From the NCBI GenBank assembly GCA_965116875.1, contig OZ220733.1, positions 704,001 to 768,000 of the forward strand: a stretch of DNA of 64,000 nt. Direction: 5' to 3'. This document shows, piece after piece, positions 1 to 10,194 of this stretch. How positions within the stretch are numbered: the first letter of the stretch is position 1; the number at the start of each line of letters is the position of its first letter. The position numbers and the translations under genes were made by a program. Source of the DNA: Candidatus Latescibacterota bacterium. Lineage in GTDB: Bacteria; Latescibacterota; UBA2968; GCA-2709665. The notes beneath the pieces are model-generated. The model saw only the letters and a list, made by a program, of their open reading frames with translations. It did no database searches and was not told the DNA's origin.

Positions 1-1
1 A

Positions 2-940
2 CCGCACTGGTTTGGCGGAATGACCCGGAACCCCTGGAAACCGGAAACCGGCTCAAGCGGCTCTTCGGCCGGTCCCGGTGCGGCGACCGCCGCGGGCCTC
101 GTCGGCTTCAGCATCGGATCGGAAACGCTGGGATCCATCGTGGGGCCAAGCCACACCTGCGGAGTGACGGGGCTGCGGCCGACGTACGGCCGCGTGAGCC
201 GGTACGGCGCCATGGCGCTTGCGTGGACCATGGATAAACTCGGCCCCATGTGCCGTGGCGTTGAAGATTGCGCGGCCGTGTTCAACGCGATCCACGGACC
301 GGACGGGAGAGACCGGTCGGTGGTAGACGCGCCGTTCAACTGGCCCGCGGCGGTTGACACGAAGGCATTGCGAGTCGGTTTTCTCAAAGCTGAATTCGAT
401 GCGTTAGCATCGTCCGGAGACCGTGCCGTCTACCAGGAGGCGTTTTGCAGGTTCGAGGAACTGGGACTCCGCGTGGAGCCGGTGACGCTTCCGGCGTGTC
501 CGCACGGCGCGGTGTCGATGATGCTGTGCGTGGAAGCGGCGGCCGCGTTCGACAGTGCGACGCGGGCGGGCGAACTGGACGCCATGATCGATGCGGACAA
601 GAGCTCCTGGCCCACGGTATTTCGCAGCTTTCGGATGGTGCCGGCAGTTGAATATCTGCGGGCGCAACAGGTCCGTTCCCTGATGATTCGCGACTTGGAG
701 GCGTTGATGGCGAATTGGGACGTGCTTCTGGCGCCCGGTAGAGCCGGGGCGAGTCTCGCCACGACCAATCTCACCGGACATCCGGCCCTGACGCTGAAGT
801 GCGGTTTCGTGGACGGGATGCCTCTGGGTCTGACGCTGATCGGAAACCTCTACGACGAAGCGACCGTTCTGGCGGTCGGCCTGGCGTACGAGCAGGCGAC
901 GGATTGGCACAGACAACATCCGCATCTCCGGTCCGCTTAA
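2..940 (+). CDS. Amidase-signature family protein (GatA-like), 5' end outside window
   Basis: GSSGSSAG and IGSETLGSI amidase signature motifs; frame open from position 2. Confidence 0.9.
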   Translation, partial: PHWFGGMTRNPWKPETGSSGSSAGPGAATAAGLVGFSIGSETLGSIVGPSHTCGVTGLRPTYGRVSRYGAMALAWTMDKLGPMCRGVEDCAAVFNAIHGPDGRDRSVVDAPFNWPAAVDTKALRVGFLKAEFDALASSGDRAVYQEAFCRFEELGLRVEPVTLPACPHGAVSMMLCVEAAAAFDSATRAGELDAMIDADKSSWPTVFRSFRMVPAVEYLRAQQVRSLMIRDLEALMANWDVLLAPGRAGASLATTNLTGHPALTLKCGFVDGMPLGLTLIGNLYDEATVLAVGLAYEQATDWHRQHPHLRSA

Positions 941-967
941 CCCTTATCCGAAAAAGGGCAACGGCAA

Positions 968-1002
968 AACTTACCACAAAAAGCGCAAAAGACACAAAAG
1001 GT
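968..1002. repeat. Short imperfect 9-nt tandem repeat (CACAAAAGG-like); related copy at 32098-32120
   Basis: ttaccacaaaaagcgcaaaagacacaaaagg vs ttaccacaaaaggcacaaaagg. Confidence 0.5.
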
Positions 1003-1068
1003 ACATGTACTGAACCGGATGTGTTGTAACGCCGTGATTCGGCCGATATCGGTTCACGGTGGCGATGG

Positions 1069-2187
1069 ATGTCTGACGACAATTTCAAACAATGGAGGTT
1101 TGGAAAAATGGCAGAGGAATTCAGAGGCATGCCGTGCAGGCGGGTCGGTAAATCCGGCCTGTTCGTATCCGTTGTGGGGCTGGGTATGTGGAAATGGGGC
1201 GATCCGGTATACGATGGATCCCGCATCGGAGACCACGAGGGGTTCGAGGTCCTGGACCGCGCCCTGGATCTGGGGGTCTTTCACTGGGATACGGCATGTT
1301 CCTACAACCTGGCATCGGGAAACTCGGAACGCCTGCTGGGCCGCTATTTCGCCTCCCGCCCCCGGTCGGTCAGGGAGCAGGTGGTGATGGCAACCAAGAT
1401 TCACAACCCGGTGCGCCCGGAGCACGCCATGGAGGCCGATTTTACACCCAATCAGCTCGGCGCTTCCCGGACGTACATCCACTTCGGCGTGGACAAGTGT
1501 CTGGAGCGGATGCAGACGGACTACATCGACCTGCTCTACCTGCACCAGAACGGCACGGACGACGAGGGAAACTACCGGGTGCCCATCGAGGAGACCTGGG
1601 GCGCGTTCGACGATCTGGTCACCCAGGGGAAGGTGCGTTACCTTGCGGTATCCAATCATTCGGCGAAACAGATGGCCAACGTGGCCGCCACGCTGGAAAA
1701 GGTGGGCAAGGACGTTTCCCGTCGGATCGTGGCCGTGCAGAACCGGTACAACCTCGTGCAGCAGGACGCGGTCACGGCCGAGGAGGGCGCCAGGGCTGCG
1801 GACTTCCTGAAGGCGGCTGCCAGGGCCGAAGTGGGCGTGATCCCCTATTATCCGCTTGCGAGCGGACTGCTCACGGGCAGGTACCGCAAGGGAAGGCTGG
1901 ACGACGCGAGCGGCCGGATCATAGACGACGGCGACCAGGCCGAGTTCCTCACCGAACCCTATCTGGAGGCCGTTGAAGGGCTGATCGCGATTGCGGAGGC
2001 GAAGGAGATTTCCCTGGCCCAACTCGCCATCGCCTGGCTGCTGGCCAACGAGCAGGTGCCGTCCGTAATCGCCGGCGTAACCGAAATGCGGCATCTGGAG
2101 GACAACGTGAACGCGGCCGCCGTGGAATTGACAAACGACGAGATAACGCGAATCGACGAGACCGTCAGTGGCGCACTCGGCGGGTGA
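1069..2187 (+). CDS. Aldo/keto reductase
   Basis: GKSGLFVSVVGLG, WDTACSY, TDYIDLLYLH, PLASGLLTG, SLAQLAIAW motifs; start may be 1108. Confidence 0.9.
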   Translation: MSDDNFKQWRFGKMAEEFRGMPCRRVGKSGLFVSVVGLGMWKWGDPVYDGSRIGDHEGFEVLDRALDLGVFHWDTACSYNLASGNSERLLGRYFASRPRSVREQVVMATKIHNPVRPEHAMEADFTPNQLGASRTYIHFGVDKCLERMQTDYIDLLYLHQNGTDDEGNYRVPIEETWGAFDDLVTQGKVRYLAVSNHSAKQMANVAATLEKVGKDVSRRIVAVQNRYNLVQQDAVTAEEGARAADFLKAAARAEVGVIPYYPLASGLLTGRYRKGRLDDASGRIIDDGDQAEFLTEPYLEAVEGLIAIAEAKEISLAQLAIAWLLANEQVPSVIAGVTEMRHLEDNVNAAAVELTNDEITRIDETVSGALGG

Positions 2188-2245
2188 CGGGACGCCGAAA
2201 GCGGATCCTCTTTAAAGATGGGCGCGTACTGGTTGGGACCCTGGC

Positions 2246-3106
2246 ATGTTCGTTGATCGAATTGTCACCTACGGGCGGATGATCAAGTTTTCGCACAGCG
2301 TGTTCGCCCTTCCGTTTGCGTTCAGCGGCGCGGCGCTGGCGGCTCTGGAGTTTGACATCAGCATATCGCAGGTGTTCTGGATCGCCGTGGCGATGGTGGG
2401 CGCCAGGAGCGCCGCGATGGGGTTCAACCGGCTGGTGGACCGGGACATGGACGCGGCGAATCCAAGGACCGCCTCCAGGGAATTGCCAAAGGGCCTGATC
2501 TCCCCGACCGCCGTGCGCGCGCTGATCGCGATTTCTTCCGCGGCGCTCATTCTCGCGGCGTGGCAACTGAACCCCCTGTGTTTCGCGCTTTCGCCCGTGG
2601 CCCTGGGCATTGTGTTCTTCTATTCGTACACCAAACGGTTCACGTGGACCACGCAGTTCTTTCTCGGACTCGCGCTGTCGGTTGCGCCGATCGGGGCCTG
2701 GATCGCGATTACCGGAAGTCTGGACCCGGAGATCCTGTTGCTGGCCGGCGCCGTCCTGGCGTGGGTTTCCGGGTTCGATATCCTCTATGCCTGCCAGGAC
2801 GTCGAGTTCGACCGCGGCCACGGGATCTATTCGATTCCGCAACGCTTCGGCGCGCGCAGCGGGCTGGTCATTGCGCGGGTGTTGCACGCGGTTTCTTTTC
2901 TTCTGATGTGCGCGGTCGGTGTGCGTTTCGGAATGGGCGTCATCTACACGGCGGGGCTGGTCGTGGTGGCGGGGCTGATGTTGTACGAACACTCGCTGGT
3001 GAAGGCGGATGATTTCTCGAAACTGGGCGTGGCGTTCATGAACGTAAATGCTGCGATTAGCACGGTCTTTTTCGCGTTTACACTCGGAGACGTGCTGTGG
3101 CGCTAA
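2246..3106 (+). CDS. UbiA-family prenyltransferase (MqnP/4-hydroxybenzoate polyprenyltransferase-like)
   Basis: NRLVDRDMDAANPRT and FDILYACQDVEFD Asp-rich motifs, multiple TM helices; adjacent to ubiX. Confidence 0.9.
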   Translation: MFVDRIVTYGRMIKFSHSVFALPFAFSGAALAALEFDISISQVFWIAVAMVGARSAAMGFNRLVDRDMDAANPRTASRELPKGLISPTAVRALIAISSAALILAAWQLNPLCFALSPVALGIVFFYSYTKRFTWTTQFFLGLALSVAPIGAWIAITGSLDPEILLLAGAVLAWVSGFDILYACQDVEFDRGHGIYSIPQRFGARSGLVIARVLHAVSFLLMCAVGVRFGMGVIYTAGLVVVAGLMLYEHSLVKADDFSKLGVAFMNVNAAISTVFFAFTLGDVLWR

Positions 3107-3705
3107 ACCGGATTGCGGTTGCGGTTACCGGCGCCAGCGGGGCGATCTATGCGCTGCGCACCCTGCGCGCGCTGCTGATGAACGGCGACGAGGTACATCT
3201 CATCGTATCCGGGTTCGGCTGGATGCTGCTGAGAGAGGAGGTGGGCTTCGAGGGAAAACAGTCCGAGCTTGGAGACTTCCTTGCCGATCGATATGGAGCC
3301 GCAATTTCGAACGGGCGCGTGATCATCCACCAGATCGGCAATATGGCGGCGCCTGTCGCGAGCGGGTCCGTGGGCCTGCGCGGCATGGTCGTGGTGCCCT
3401 GTTCGATGAAATACCTGGCGAATATCGCCCACGGCGCTTCCGGAAACCTGATTGAACGGGCGGCGGACGTTACGCTCAAGGAGCGGCGGCCGTTGGTCCT
3501 GGTTCCGCGTGAAACCCCGATGAACCTGATCCACCTCCGCAACATGACCGCCGCCGCGGAGGCGGGAGCCGCCATCCTGCCGGCCATGCCGGCGTTCTAC
3601 CAGAAGCCCGAAACCTTTAACGACCTGGCGGATTTCATCGCCGGAAGGATCCTGAATCTGCTGGGAATCGAACACGACCTCTTTCCACCATGGACCGGGA
3701 CGTAG
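3097..3705 (+). CDS. ubiX: Flavin prenyltransferase UbiX
   Basis: VTGASGAIY, PCSMK, RAADVTLKERRPLVLVPRETP, PAMPAFY motifs. Confidence 0.93.
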   Translation: MALNRIAVAVTGASGAIYALRTLRALLMNGDEVHLIVSGFGWMLLREEVGFEGKQSELGDFLADRYGAAISNGRVIIHQIGNMAAPVASGSVGLRGMVVVPCSMKYLANIAHGASGNLIERAADVTLKERRPLVLVPRETPMNLIHLRNMTAAAEAGAAILPAMPAFYQKPETFNDLADFIAGRILNLLGIEHDLFPPWTGT

Positions 3706-3723
3706 CGGCGCGGGGGCGATCGC

Positions 3724-5049
3724 ATGAAGACCGACCTGAGCCAACATATCGAGAACACCGCACTGGTCGACACGCACGAGCATCTGCGGAAAGAGCCGGA
3801 ATGGGTGAACGACGGCCCGGACATTCTGCAGGATCTGTTCGGAAACTACGTTCCGGCCGACCTTCACACCGCCGGCGCGCCTCCGGCCGCGATGAATCGG
3901 CTGATGGACGGGTCGGACGCGGACGTCGCCGGTCGATTCGAGGGAATCCGTGACGCCTGGGAAGCGACGCAATTTACCGGATACGGAGAAGCGGTACGGC
4001 TGATCGCCAGGCACGTGTACGATATCGACGTCCTCACCGCCGACGCCATTGCGGCCGCTCAGGAAAGGATACACGCATTGCGTCAGCCCGGCGAACGGCT
4101 TCGCCTGCTTCGCGACGAGGCGAACCTGGACCACGTTCAGACGGACGATTTCCAGTGGGCATGCCTCCCCGATCCGTCCGGCTCGGACTTCTTCCTCTAC
4201 GACCTCTCGTGGGCGGGATTCTGCAACGGGCAGATTGATACGGAGCAGATTCACTCCGAGACGAACGTCGAAGTGACGGGGCTCGACTCCCTGAGGCGGG
4301 CGATGGAGGGCATCTTCTCGAAATACGCCGGCTGCGCGATTGCGGTGAAGGCGCAGCACGCGTACAACCGTACCCTGAACTGGACGGACCGAGACGACGC
4401 GGAGGCGGCGGACGCGCTCGAAAGGATTCTGCAGGGGCAGGACGAAGAGATCCCGGAACAGACGTGGCTCTGCCTTGGAGACTGGTGCTGGGCGCGGGGC
4501 CTGGAGCTGTCGATCGAATACAACCTGCCGTTCAAGATCCACACGGGATATTACGCGGGGAACGACCGAATGCCGGTGAGCCGGATTGCCGCGGGGAACA
4601 TGTGCGCGCTGTTCGCACGTTATCCCGATGCCCGGTTTGTCCTGATGCACATCGCCTATCCATATAGCGATGAACTCGTTGCGCTGGCCAAGCACTACCG
4701 GAATATCTGGGTCGATCTGTGCTGGGCATGGAGCATCGACCCGTTCAGCTCGAGGGATTTTCTGCGCCGTTTCCTGCATGCGGTCCCCGCAAACAAGCTG
4801 TTTGCGTTCGGGGGCGACACCGGATGGCCGACCGGCGCGCTCGCGTATTCCATTCAGGCGCGGAACGAGATTCGCCGGGCGCTGGAAGCGGAGATTGAAG
4901 ACGGGTACATGACGGAAAAACAGGCGATTGAAGTCGCGACCCGGATCATGCGGGCGAACCAGTACGCCTGTTTCGATATTGAAGGAACGCGTGGGAATAT
5001 ACGCGTTGCCAACACGGCGTTCGCCCAATCGGACGAGGTGAAAGGTTGA
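3724..5049 (+). CDS. Amidohydrolase family protein
   Basis: VDTHEH, KIHTG, LMHIAYP, FGGD metal-binding motifs. Confidence 0.85.
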   Translation: MKTDLSQHIENTALVDTHEHLRKEPEWVNDGPDILQDLFGNYVPADLHTAGAPPAAMNRLMDGSDADVAGRFEGIRDAWEATQFTGYGEAVRLIARHVYDIDVLTADAIAAAQERIHALRQPGERLRLLRDEANLDHVQTDDFQWACLPDPSGSDFFLYDLSWAGFCNGQIDTEQIHSETNVEVTGLDSLRRAMEGIFSKYAGCAIAVKAQHAYNRTLNWTDRDDAEAADALERILQGQDEEIPEQTWLCLGDWCWARGLELSIEYNLPFKIHTGYYAGNDRMPVSRIAAGNMCALFARYPDARFVLMHIAYPYSDELVALAKHYRNIWVDLCWAWSIDPFSSRDFLRRFLHAVPANKLFAFGGDTGWPTGALAYSIQARNEIRRALEAEIEDGYMTEKQAIEVATRIMRANQYACFDIEGTRGNIRVANTAFAQSDEVKG

Positions 5050-5381
5050 AACAGGTTACAGACGCCCTACTCGAAGAGATGGTAAGAACCATCGTCGACG
5101 AAGCCGATCCGGAAGAGGTCATCCTGTTCGGCTCCCACGCTCGAGGTACCCTTGACGACGATTCAGACGTGGACCTGCTGGTAATTGAATCAGAACCATT
5201 CCCGAATGCTCATTCGAGGTACGAGGAGGGAATCAGGCTCTACAATGCGCTATCCCACTTTCACGTTCCCAAAGACATTCTGGTCTACAGCCGCGAAAGG
5301 GTCGAGTATTGGCGCGACTCTCTGAACAACGTTGTCGCGCGAGCCCTCCGCGAAGGCCGGGTGCTTTATGAACGACCCTAA
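5046..5381 (+). CDS. Minimal nucleotidyltransferase (MNT antitoxin)
   Basis: VILFGSHARG..DSDVDLLV motif, 111 aa, ends EGRVLYE. Confidence 0.88.
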   Translation: MKQVTDALLEEMVRTIVDEADPEEVILFGSHARGTLDDDSDVDLLVIESEPFPNAHSRYEEGIRLYNALSHFHVPKDILVYSRERVEYWRDSLNNVVARALREGRVLYERP

Positions 5382-5392
5382 ACAAGCTTGTC
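5368..5392 (+). pseudogene. Possible start remnant of HEPN partner gene (MNDPKQA...)
   Basis: ATG overlaps MNT end as in MNT-HEPN pairs; sequence runs straight into a terminator hairpin. Confidence 0.4.
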
Positions 5393-5397
5393 GTTGG

Positions 5398-5432
5398 AAA
5401 AAAGCCGCCGGTTGTTGGCAACCGGCGGTTAT
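5398..5432 (-). terminator. Intrinsic terminator of the minus-strand porin operon
   Basis: gccgccggttg-ttgg-caaccggcggt stem preceded by A6 (U-tract on minus strand). Confidence 0.7.
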
Positions 5433-5467
5433 TCCTGTACCTCACCAGTTTGTTTCAGAAGTCCGCG

Positions 5468-6751
5468 TTACCAATAGGCGTCCGCGTCGAAATTCACGCG
5501 CATGGAAACGAGCGCGCGTATGGTTCGTACCCTGTCCTGGCGATTCCCTTCCGTCTGTTTGTACCCGCCGATCACGGCGGCCAGATCCAGCGCAAAATAC
5601 CGGTCCAGCTCTGCGCCGATCCCAAGCGTCCATGCGTCGCGGTCCGTCTCGATCCGAACCTCCGGTACCGGGCCGCCTCCCACGTATTGAACAGGGTCGC
5701 GATAGTATCCGGCCCGCACGGCCACACCCCGGCCGGGAACGGCGTATTCACCTCCCAGATGGACCCGCACCGCACTTCGGTATTGCCGGCGGAAATCGTC
5801 GACGTACGGCGTGATGTTCCGGGCCTGGACGCTGTAGGTCGCTTCCTGTAGATCCCCGTAGTGCACGTCGCCGGCCAACGTCAGCCCCTTCGAGGACCAT
5901 CCCAGACCGAATCCCAGCGAAACCGGCTGCCGTATCTCATATCTGTCCGCGTAGTTGTCGCGAGGATAGAACTCCTTCCGGTCGTCGAACGTATCTTCGA
6001 ATTCATCAGCCAGCTCAGCCGAAACCTTAATAGGGGTGGCCGCGGAAACCGTGAAGCCAATCCGGAAGTTGGCGGGATGCCAGTAGCGGATGCCGGCCTG
6101 GACGCCCAGCGCGGAGAAGCTGTCGTCGGATTCGAAACGCTGGTAGATGCGAACCGTGTCCACGTGGACCTGCCGCACGTCGTCAAGCGTCAACTCCTGC
6201 ATGAACCGGTTGGTTCCACGCCACTTGTAAAACGAAACCCCGGCGGACAGTCGCGGCGCAACGTCGATAGCCGCGCCCATGGTCCAGGCGCCAAAGGTAC
6301 CCCGGTCTTCCGAGAAACCCGACTTATCGAATTCGGCGACTTCATCGTACGCGTCGATCCGCAATCCGCCGTCGAAGTGCCGGACGCGCCCGAATCCCCC
6401 TGCAACAACCAGACTTCCCCGATAGACCGGAATGGGATAGACGATACCTCCCGTGGCGAAGCGCGTGCTGTTTAATTCGAACGCCGACGTCCGGCTGAAG
6501 AACTGAGACTCATTCCGATACCGGTCGTGGGACATCCCCCAGGAGATGGATCCGCGCCGGGCACGCGCCAGTCCTGCCGGGTTCCAGAAAAGACCGGAGA
6601 AATCATCCGATACCGTGACATACGCGCCTCCCATCCCCATCGCGCGCGCGCCGATTCCGGAAAACCCGTCCAGCGCAACCTCCTGCGCGTTGAGCATTGC
6701 CGTCCAGGCGCATATCGCCAGCATCGAAACCATTGGACGGAGGGGCTTCAT
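5468..6751 (-). CDS. Outer-membrane beta-barrel, FadL/OmpP1-like
   Basis: Signal peptide, GARAMGMGGAY..DDFSGLFWNPAGL motif, alternating beta-strand pattern. Confidence 0.75.
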   Translation of the reverse strand: MKPLRPMVSMLAICAWTAMLNAQEVALDGFSGIGARAMGMGGAYVTVSDDFSGLFWNPAGLARARRGSISWGMSHDRYRNESQFFSRTSAFELNSTRFATGGIVYPIPVYRGSLVVAGGFGRVRHFDGGLRIDAYDEVAEFDKSGFSEDRGTFGAWTMGAAIDVAPRLSAGVSFYKWRGTNRFMQELTLDDVRQVHVDTVRIYQRFESDDSFSALGVQAGIRYWHPANFRIGFTVSAATPIKVSAELADEFEDTFDDRKEFYPRDNYADRYEIRQPVSLGFGLGWSSKGLTLAGDVHYGDLQEATYSVQARNITPYVDDFRRQYRSAVRVHLGGEYAVPGRGVAVRAGYYRDPVQYVGGGPVPEVRIETDRDAWTLGIGAELDRYFALDLAAVIGGYKQTEGNRQDRVRTIRALVSMRVNFDADAYW

Positions 6752-7419
6752 CGCATGCCCCCCCTGCGCCGCTGGCCCTCGCGCTTCTCCTCACGCTTTT
6801 CCTGCTGCTTCTCGTCTTCTTTCGGTTTGGACGACTGGCCGCCGCCCGAATCCCGCGGTTTCGAGGCGGTTCTCGACGTGCTGCCCGAACTTTTCGGATT
6901 CGAGTCGGCCCGGATGGCGCTTGCCACCGGCGCCCGCCGCCTCCGCGTCGTCTTTCTCACCTTGCCCTTCCGGACCGTCCCGGCGGGTGCGTGCTCCCCA
7001 CCCCGCAATCCCGTGTATCTGATGCGCAGGCGCGGTTCGTGAAGGTCGATCGGATCTGCGTCGACCGGACGATACCTGTACTTGGGGGCGGGCAATCGTC
7101 CTCGCGCGAGGACCCGCCGCATCCACCCCCTCCACCACGGCCCGTATGCCGCGGTCCAGTAGGAATGTCTCCATCGGAAACCGCGTCGTGCCCACGACGG
7201 ATAACCGGGGAAATACGGTTCATAGTACGGCGCCACGACCCACCCGTACGGATCGAAACTGTTGTACACGTACTGTCTGTATACAACAACAGTGTCGGTT
7301 TCCGCAGACAGAGCGGAACCGACACGATCATCCGTTTCATATTCGGGCGGCCGAATCTGCGTGTAACATCCGGCAAGTGCGAACACACACGTCAGCGCGA
7401 GGCAGATACGATACACCAT
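6748..7419 (-). CDS. Hypothetical lipoprotein with Tyr/Trp-rich and basic low-complexity tail
   Basis: Lipobox LAGC; RBS ggagg; stop overlaps next start. Confidence 0.7.
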   Translation of the reverse strand: MVYRICLALTCVFALAGCYTQIRPPEYETDDRVGSALSAETDTVVVYRQYVYNSFDPYGWVVAPYYEPYFPGYPSWARRGFRWRHSYWTAAYGPWWRGWMRRVLARGRLPAPKYRYRPVDADPIDLHEPRLRIRYTGLRGGEHAPAGTVRKGKVRKTTRRRRAPVASAIRADSNPKSSGSTSRTASKPRDSGGGQSSKPKEDEKQQEKREEKREGQRRRGGMR

Positions 7420-7529
7420 GGCAGCCTCCCCGGGATTGAAATCCGCAGTTCTCTTCAGCGCCGTTCCTTTACGAAATAATAGCCAATTTTCAACACGGGC
7501 ACAATACCCCGGGCATTGAATTCACATGT

Positions 7530-7648
7530 GGGAAGACGGGAGAGGTGAGACGGGAGAAGAGGCCCTTGCCGAATTGTCCCTCCGACTTGCCTGCGGCATG
7601 AGATGAAACCCCATACGGCATGCGATCTCTACCCTCTCACGTCTTCCC
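7530..7648. repeat. Inverted-repeat intergenic element; related copy at 60619-60745
   Basis: gggaagacgggaga ... ctaccctctcacgtcttccc arms shared between the two loci. Confidence 0.55.
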
Positions 7649-7682
7649 GCCCTTGGCTTACTGCTGATCGCTTGTCGCTTTC

Positions 7683-8024
7683 TCAGTTGCTCCTATGGAA
7701 GAGCCTTGCGACAAGGGAGCGGAACCCCGTGCCTTCGCGGCTGCCATGTTCGTCATCCGAACAGCAGGAATCCGATCCGGCTCCACCGGGCCCTGTTCTT
7801 GCGGCCAGGCGGGACACAATCTCGTCGTTTTCCGGAAACCGGCCTTCCTTCAGTTTCGAAAAGACCGTCTCCCCGTCAGCAGTGATTTCAAATCGCCCGC
7901 GTCCCGAGGGAGCCAGCGTGAAACGAGAGATGTCCGTCTTGTATTTTTCCAGCACATGGCGCGTCAAACTGACGGCCTCGTCCTCATAACCTCACATGGC
8001 GCAGTAGACGAGTTCGATATCCAT
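7683..8024 (-). CDS. SelW/SelT/SelH (Rdx-family) selenoprotein, CxxU, 113 aa
   Basis: RBS aaaggag; MDIELVYCAM-TGA(7994-7992)-GYEDEAVSL continues in frame into GRGRFEITADGETVFSKLKEGRFP, the typical Rdx signature. Confidence 0.88.
7958..7977 (-). promoter_or_regulatory. Putative bacterial SECIS hairpin
   Basis: GGC-CGUCA-GUU-UGACG-C-GCC; G-starting apical loop about 23 nt after the UGA. Confidence 0.6.
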
Positions 8025-8084
8025 TCACAATCTCCTTTCGATTCCCTTTTTCCAACTGACGACTGATTGTCGGAGGCGCACCGC

Positions 8085-8717
8085 TCAGGCCGATTCTCCG
8101 ATATAGAATGCAGTTGTACGCTCGGCCGCCGCGTGCGCCGAGACCGGGTCCGTTCCAGCAGCTACGGCCGCCCGTTCCCATGCCTCGCTGCTGCCTGATA
8201 TATACGCCCTGCCTTCCGGTGACGCGACGAAGGCGGTCTCGTCCTGCAGTGGTTCGTCCGGATGCGTGATGTGGATCGAAAGTCCCGTGAGACCCAGTTC
8301 CCACCCCACGCCAGCCGCGCCCGGCCCATAGTCGTCCCAATGTTTCGAACGACGCGTGGTGTGCGTGAGTCTCAATCGCGCGTGGCCGGTACCGTCCTGC
8401 GCAATGCGGACCTCCACCCAGCTGACGTCCCCGCCGAACTCCCAGGTGACCTCGAAATGAGATGGTCTTCGACACGCTGTGATCACCCCGCCCGCGTTCC
8501 CCTCCAGCTGATAACGGCCGTCCAGTTCCAGTTCGCCACTGATCGGGAGAAACCAGCGCGAAATACGCTGTCCGTTCGTCACCGCGTCCCACAAGTCTTC
8601 CACCGTCGTGGGGTAGCTGCGAACAATGGCGACTGCATGAACGGATTCTCCATCGCGCTTTGGAGACGACACGCAGCGCGTTGCCGCGTTCAGTTGGGCT
8701 TCGACATTGAAACGCAT
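8085..8717 (-). CDS. SRPBCC/AHSA1-like ligand-binding domain protein
   Basis: EDLWDAVT..RISRWFLP, TWEFGGDVSWV, GVGWELGL motifs. Confidence 0.85.
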   Translation of the reverse strand: MRFNVEAQLNAATRCVSSPKRDGESVHAVAIVRSYPTTVEDLWDAVTNGQRISRWFLPISGELELDGRYQLEGNAGGVITACRRPSHFEVTWEFGGDVSWVEVRIAQDGTGHARLRLTHTTRRSKHWDDYGPGAAGVGWELGLTGLSIHITHPDEPLQDETAFVASPEGRAYISGSSEAWERAAVAAGTDPVSAHAAAERTTAFYIGESA

Positions 8718-8733
8718 GGTGTCCTCCCTTCCG

Positions 8734-10194
8734 TCAGTGCGCCTTCGCGACGGCTCGTCGCGCGATGCTCCGAAGGAGCCCGCCGAACAACAGGACGTGG
8801 ATCGGATACAGGGCGTGCCAGTAGATGCGCCCCCACAGGCCCGATGGGTCGAACACGGCGGTCTGCCGTATCCTGGACGCGCCTCCGTCCCGTGGCGTGA
8901 CGTCGAATTCGAGCCAGCCCCGCCCGGGCAGCTTCATCTCTGCCGCAAGCCTGAGACGAACGTTCCCCTCAACGACGTCCACCCGCCAGCAGTCCAGGAC
9001 GTCGCCCGCGGCCAGGTTCTCCGGGTCCCGGCGGCCGCGATTCATGCCCACGCCACCCAGCGCCAGATCGACCCAACCGCGCAGGCGCCACATCCAGTCG
9101 CCGAAGTACCAACCGTTGACACCGCCGATGCGCTGAATGGGGGCGAACGCAGCCGAGGGCCTCACCGGCAGGTCGACAGCCGCCGAGTGGACCAGCCGCC
9201 CGCGGAGACGGACGCCGCCCCAACGCAGGACCGTTCCGGACGCCAGCGCGGCCTCCGACCACGGCGTGTTGGCGAACGCCGCGTCCTCGTCCTCGACGGC
9301 CCGTGCGGTGGCCTCCCGCAACCCGAGCGGCCGGACCGGAAATACCGCTCCTGCGGTTGCATCGTTGACGACGGTCGCCGTGCGAAGACCGTCGACCAAT
9401 TCACGACCGACCCGCGCATAGACGGGCGTGGTCAGCCCAAGCCAGAGGCTGGAGAGACGCGGTGTCAGCAGCGGTACGGGAATCAGCAGGCGCCGGAGAC
9501 CGCGCTGCCGTGCGTACTCGCACATGATCTCACGGTAGGAGACCACGTCCGCTCCGCCAATTTCGAACAGCCGGCTCTTTCCATGGGGAAGGTCAAGCGC
9601 CGCGACAAGATACGCGATCAGGTCGGCAAGCGCGATCGGCTGGGTGGGCGTGCGCACCCACGACGGACAGACCATCACCGGCAGGCGTTCGACCAAGGCC
9701 CGGATGAGTTCGAACGAAAGGCTGCCGGCGCCCAGCACAATGCCGCTGCGGAACTCGATCACGGGCACGCCGGACGCCCGCAAAACCTCTCCCGTCTCAT
9801 GGCGGCTGCGCAAATGCTTTGAAAGTCCCTCGGCGGCGCCGAGACCGCCCACGTAAACGATGCGCCGGACGCCGGCAGCGCGGGCCGCGTTACCGAAGTT
9901 GCGCGCCGCCTGGCGGTCCCGGGATTCGAAATCGGCGCTGCCGCCCATCGAATGGACCAGATAATAAGCGGTGTCGATTCCCGCGAATGCGCCCTGCAGC
10001 GAATCCGGATCCAGGCAGTCGGCGCAAACAACGCTGCTCGTCGGTCCAATCCTTCCGTTGAGCGCATCAGGACGGCGGGTCATGCAACGGACGGGGCGAT
10101 CCGTCGCCACGAGCGCCTCGAGCAACCGCCCGCCGATGCAGCCCGTGGCGCCGGTCAGCAGGATTTCCGGCTGTGGTTTCGTCCCAATCGTCAT
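8734..10194 (-). CDS. NAD(P)-binding SDR-like protein with C-terminal DUF2867 (YbjT-like)
   Basis: LTGATGCIG Rossmann motif; YYLVHSM; LSKHLRSR; AEMKLPGRGWLEF. Confidence 0.88.
   Translation of the reverse strand: MTIGTKPQPEILLTGATGCIGGRLLEALVATDRPVRCMTRRPDALNGRIGPTSSVVCADCLDPDSLQGAFAGIDTAYYLVHSMGGSADFESRDRQAARNFGNAARAAGVRRIVYVGGLGAAEGLSKHLRSRHETGEVLRASGVPVIEFRSGIVLGAGSLSFELIRALVERLPVMVCPSWVRTPTQPIALADLIAYLVAALDLPHGKSRLFEIGGADVVSYREIMCEYARQRGLRRLLIPVPLLTPRLSSLWLGLTTPVYARVGRELVDGLRTATVVNDATAGAVFPVRPLGLREATARAVEDEDAAFANTPWSEAALASGTVLRWGGVRLRGRLVHSAAVDLPVRPSAAFAPIQRIGGVNGWYFGDWMWRLRGWVDLALGGVGMNRGRRDPENLAAGDVLDCWRVDVVEGNVRLRLAAEMKLPGRGWLEFDVTPRDGGASRIRQTAVFDPSGLWGRIYWHALYPIHVLLFGGLLRSIARRAVAKAH

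Noticed and set aside
3103-5028. 641-aa antisense ORF
   Set aside because: Shadow of ubiX and the amidohydrolase; expected in high-GC DNA, no motifs
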